NCBI GenBank assembly: GCA_951406725.2
Contig: OX597819.1
Span: 124,930,001-124,994,000, forward strand
DNA from: Octopus vulgaris
Taxonomy: Eukaryota
Length of the DNA stretch: 64,000 bases
Direction: 5' to 3'
Shown: positions 61,736 through 64,000 of the stretch, piece by piece
How positions within the stretch are numbered: the stretch's first letter is position 1
Layout of the letters: each line of letters opens with the position of its first letter
Made by a program: the position numbers and the translations under genes
Notes under the pieces: model-generated
Database searches by the model: none
What the model saw: only the letters and a program-made list of their open reading frames with translations
Told to the model about the DNA's origin: nothing

Positions 61736-61822
61736 CTTCCGACACATGTTTCAAAGATAGCACTGGTATTATTCCAAAGGAATAAAATGGTGTAAAACAA
61801 TGTAATCTTCTCTTCAGGGAAA
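61736..61822 (-). ncRNA. Type I hammerhead ribozyme, family 2 (in an element at 61698-61890 between (TA)n tracts)
   Basis: Minus strand: TTTCC-CTGAAGA-GAAGAT...ATCTTT-GAAA-C-ATGT-GTC-GGAAG; cut between 61741 and 61740. Confidence 0.8.
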
Positions 61823-61886
61823 TGAAGAAATGAAACTCGTCAATAAGACATTTAAAAGAATATGATGGATATGTATATCTGAACGC

Positions 61887-61923
<37 letters not shown>

Positions 61924-62046
61924 CATACATACACATATGTATTTGTATATATGTATATGTGTGTGTGTACATACAAAACAGCCATAAATTCTAGTGCCGG
62001 TAAATATACAAGTGTGTCAAATGTATTTTTAATTTCATTCATATAA

Positions 62047-62089
<43 letters not shown>

Positions 62090-63019
62090 CATCTGTGTGT
62101 GATTATATTTCAAAGCATCCATGTGTATATTTTGCATTTATAAGAGTAATTTTACGCATACACATGTGTACAGACATACACACAGATGCATGCATATATA
62201 GATATCTCTGTGCATAAAGAATTGTCAATGAAGGGTTTATGAAAAGATACAAATTGTATTATAATATATATATATATACATATATTATACGCACACACAT
62301 GTATGTATATTTGTCTATGTTTGCGCAATGTATGTGTATACAAAGAAATATCTGTGTGTGTGTGTGTGTATACACACTCATGCACTTTTCTTTCAGGGGA
62401 TTTATGTATATATATATCATTGTATATTTCACAATTCAAAAGTTCTTTACTGCCAGACATCTGTGCATGAATGCATGCATTTTACATGCATCTTTATGCA
62501 TGTGACTTCACAAAAATTACTCATGCACTGCTGTAGAACTGTCTATATCTTCGTGTGTGTGTGTGTGTGTGTGTGTGTGTCTGTGTGTATATATATATAT
62601 ATATATACAGAGAGAGAGAGAGATTAGATACATATGCAAAGTGGCTACATAAATTCAGTCTGAAATTTCTTTACGTCATTGAAGATAGATTACATTTCTG
62701 TTTTGTGTTGTTATTGCTGTTGTTTGACAGTATTTCACAAAATTTTTGTCCGTAATATTAATATTCTGTCTTCCCTCATTAACATTGTCTCAAACTTGTA
62801 TGAAGCTATTAACATTTCTTATTAACCTAAACGTGTAATCCATAGTCTACCTCTGCAATTAAGATAATAGCTCTTGGTTTCATTTCTTTATTTTATTATA
62901 TCTCATTTCATTCTGTCTCTTTAAACACACACACACACACACACACATACCCTATGTAACAAACACTTACTGTTTTTCCTATTGGGGTTATACATAGACA
63001 TAATTTATTGTACTCTGTG

Positions 63020-63050
<31 letters not shown>

Positions 63051-63074
63051 ACATACATACATACATACACCCAT

Positions 63075-63652
63075 ACATACACAGGCACCCATGCCAACCC
63101 CCTTGCTTGCGAAGACATGTTGGGGCAAGCGAAATCGAATTGAACCAGCCAGGATCCCTGGTCTGGTGGTACGTAAAAAGCACCATCCGACTCGTAGCCG
63201 ATGCCAGCACCGCCTCGTCTGGCTTCCGTGCCGGTGGCACATAAAATACACCAATCCGACTGTGGCCGTTGCCAGCCTCGCCTGGCACCTGTGCAGGTGG
63301 CACGTAAAAAGCACCCACTACACTCACGGAGTGGTTGGCGTTAGGAAGGGCATCCAGCTGTAGAAACACTGCCAGATAAGACTGGAGCCTGGTGCAGCCT
63401 CCTGGCTTCCCAGATCCCCGGTCGAACCGTCCAACCCATGCTAGCATGGAGAACGGACGTTAAACAACGATGATGATGATGATGATATATATTACACTCA
63501 CGGAGTGGTTGGCGTTGGGAAGGGCATCCAGCTGTAGAAACACTGCCAGATCAGACTGGAGCCTGGTGCAGCCTCCTGGCTTCCCATGCCCCGGTCAAAC
63601 TGTCCAACCCATGCTAGCATGGAAAGCGGACGTTAAACGATGATGATGATGA
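63075..63652 (+). mobile_element. Two tandem RTE 3' fragments (63075-63485, 63494-63652)
   Basis: Family C consensus, two (GAT)n tails. Confidence 0.85.
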
Positions 63653-63844
63653 TATATATATGGCCAGATGCACTTCCTGTTGCCAACCCTCACCTACTAA
63701 GCAAAGAATTATTTTCCCACAACCAGACATGTCCTTGCAGAATATTGGAAATGAATGACACCAACTTGTGTGATAGTGACAATCATTTTACAAATATCAT
63801 GCAATGTAAAGTGAAGGCAATGCTAGACATACTTTTATACTAAC

Positions 63845-64000
63845 AGACAGACATACATTCATGCATGAAGCATCATGGGTTTTCTTCAATGTTTCTCTAC
63901 AAAATCCTCTTGGCTGGTACAGGGCTTAGTATTAGATACTTGTCCAAGGTACCACACTATGGCGCTGAATTCAGAACCAAGTGGTTAGAAAGCAAATTTC
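63845..64000 (-). mobile_element. Degraded SINE A head running off the window
   Basis: GATACTTGTCCAAGGTACCACAC..CTGAATTCAGAACCA..TGGTTAG resembles the family A head. Confidence 0.55.

Overview
AT-rich, repeat-saturated eukaryotic (metazoan) DNA that is intronic or intergenic. The SINE/LINE repertoire resembles Octopus (inference). No intact host protein-coding gene is recognisable, and almost all listed ORFs are repeat or microsatellite artefacts. Contents: two abundant tRNA-like SINE families (A, with an internal TA/TG microsatellite; B, often dimeric) and about 27 3'-end fragments of an RTE LINE with a ~60-bp VNTR and (GAT)n tail. There are also decayed RTE, R4/Dong, CR1, L1/Tx1 and Penelope-like (PLE) fragments, mariner, Merlin and Helitron relics, several MITEs, a solo LTR and long microsatellites. 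The main discovery is a set of hammerhead-ribozyme (HHR) elements inserted in (TA)n tracts. A 4.5-unit, 404-bp tandem array (8623-10441) carries a complete type I HHR in each unit (retrozyme-like, predicted ~404-nt circular RNA). A second HHR family has compensatory helix changes (52923-53004, 61736-61822), and minimal or variant HHRs sit in inverted-duplicated PLE-type remnants. All structures were paired by eye and coordinates of decayed elements are approximate.
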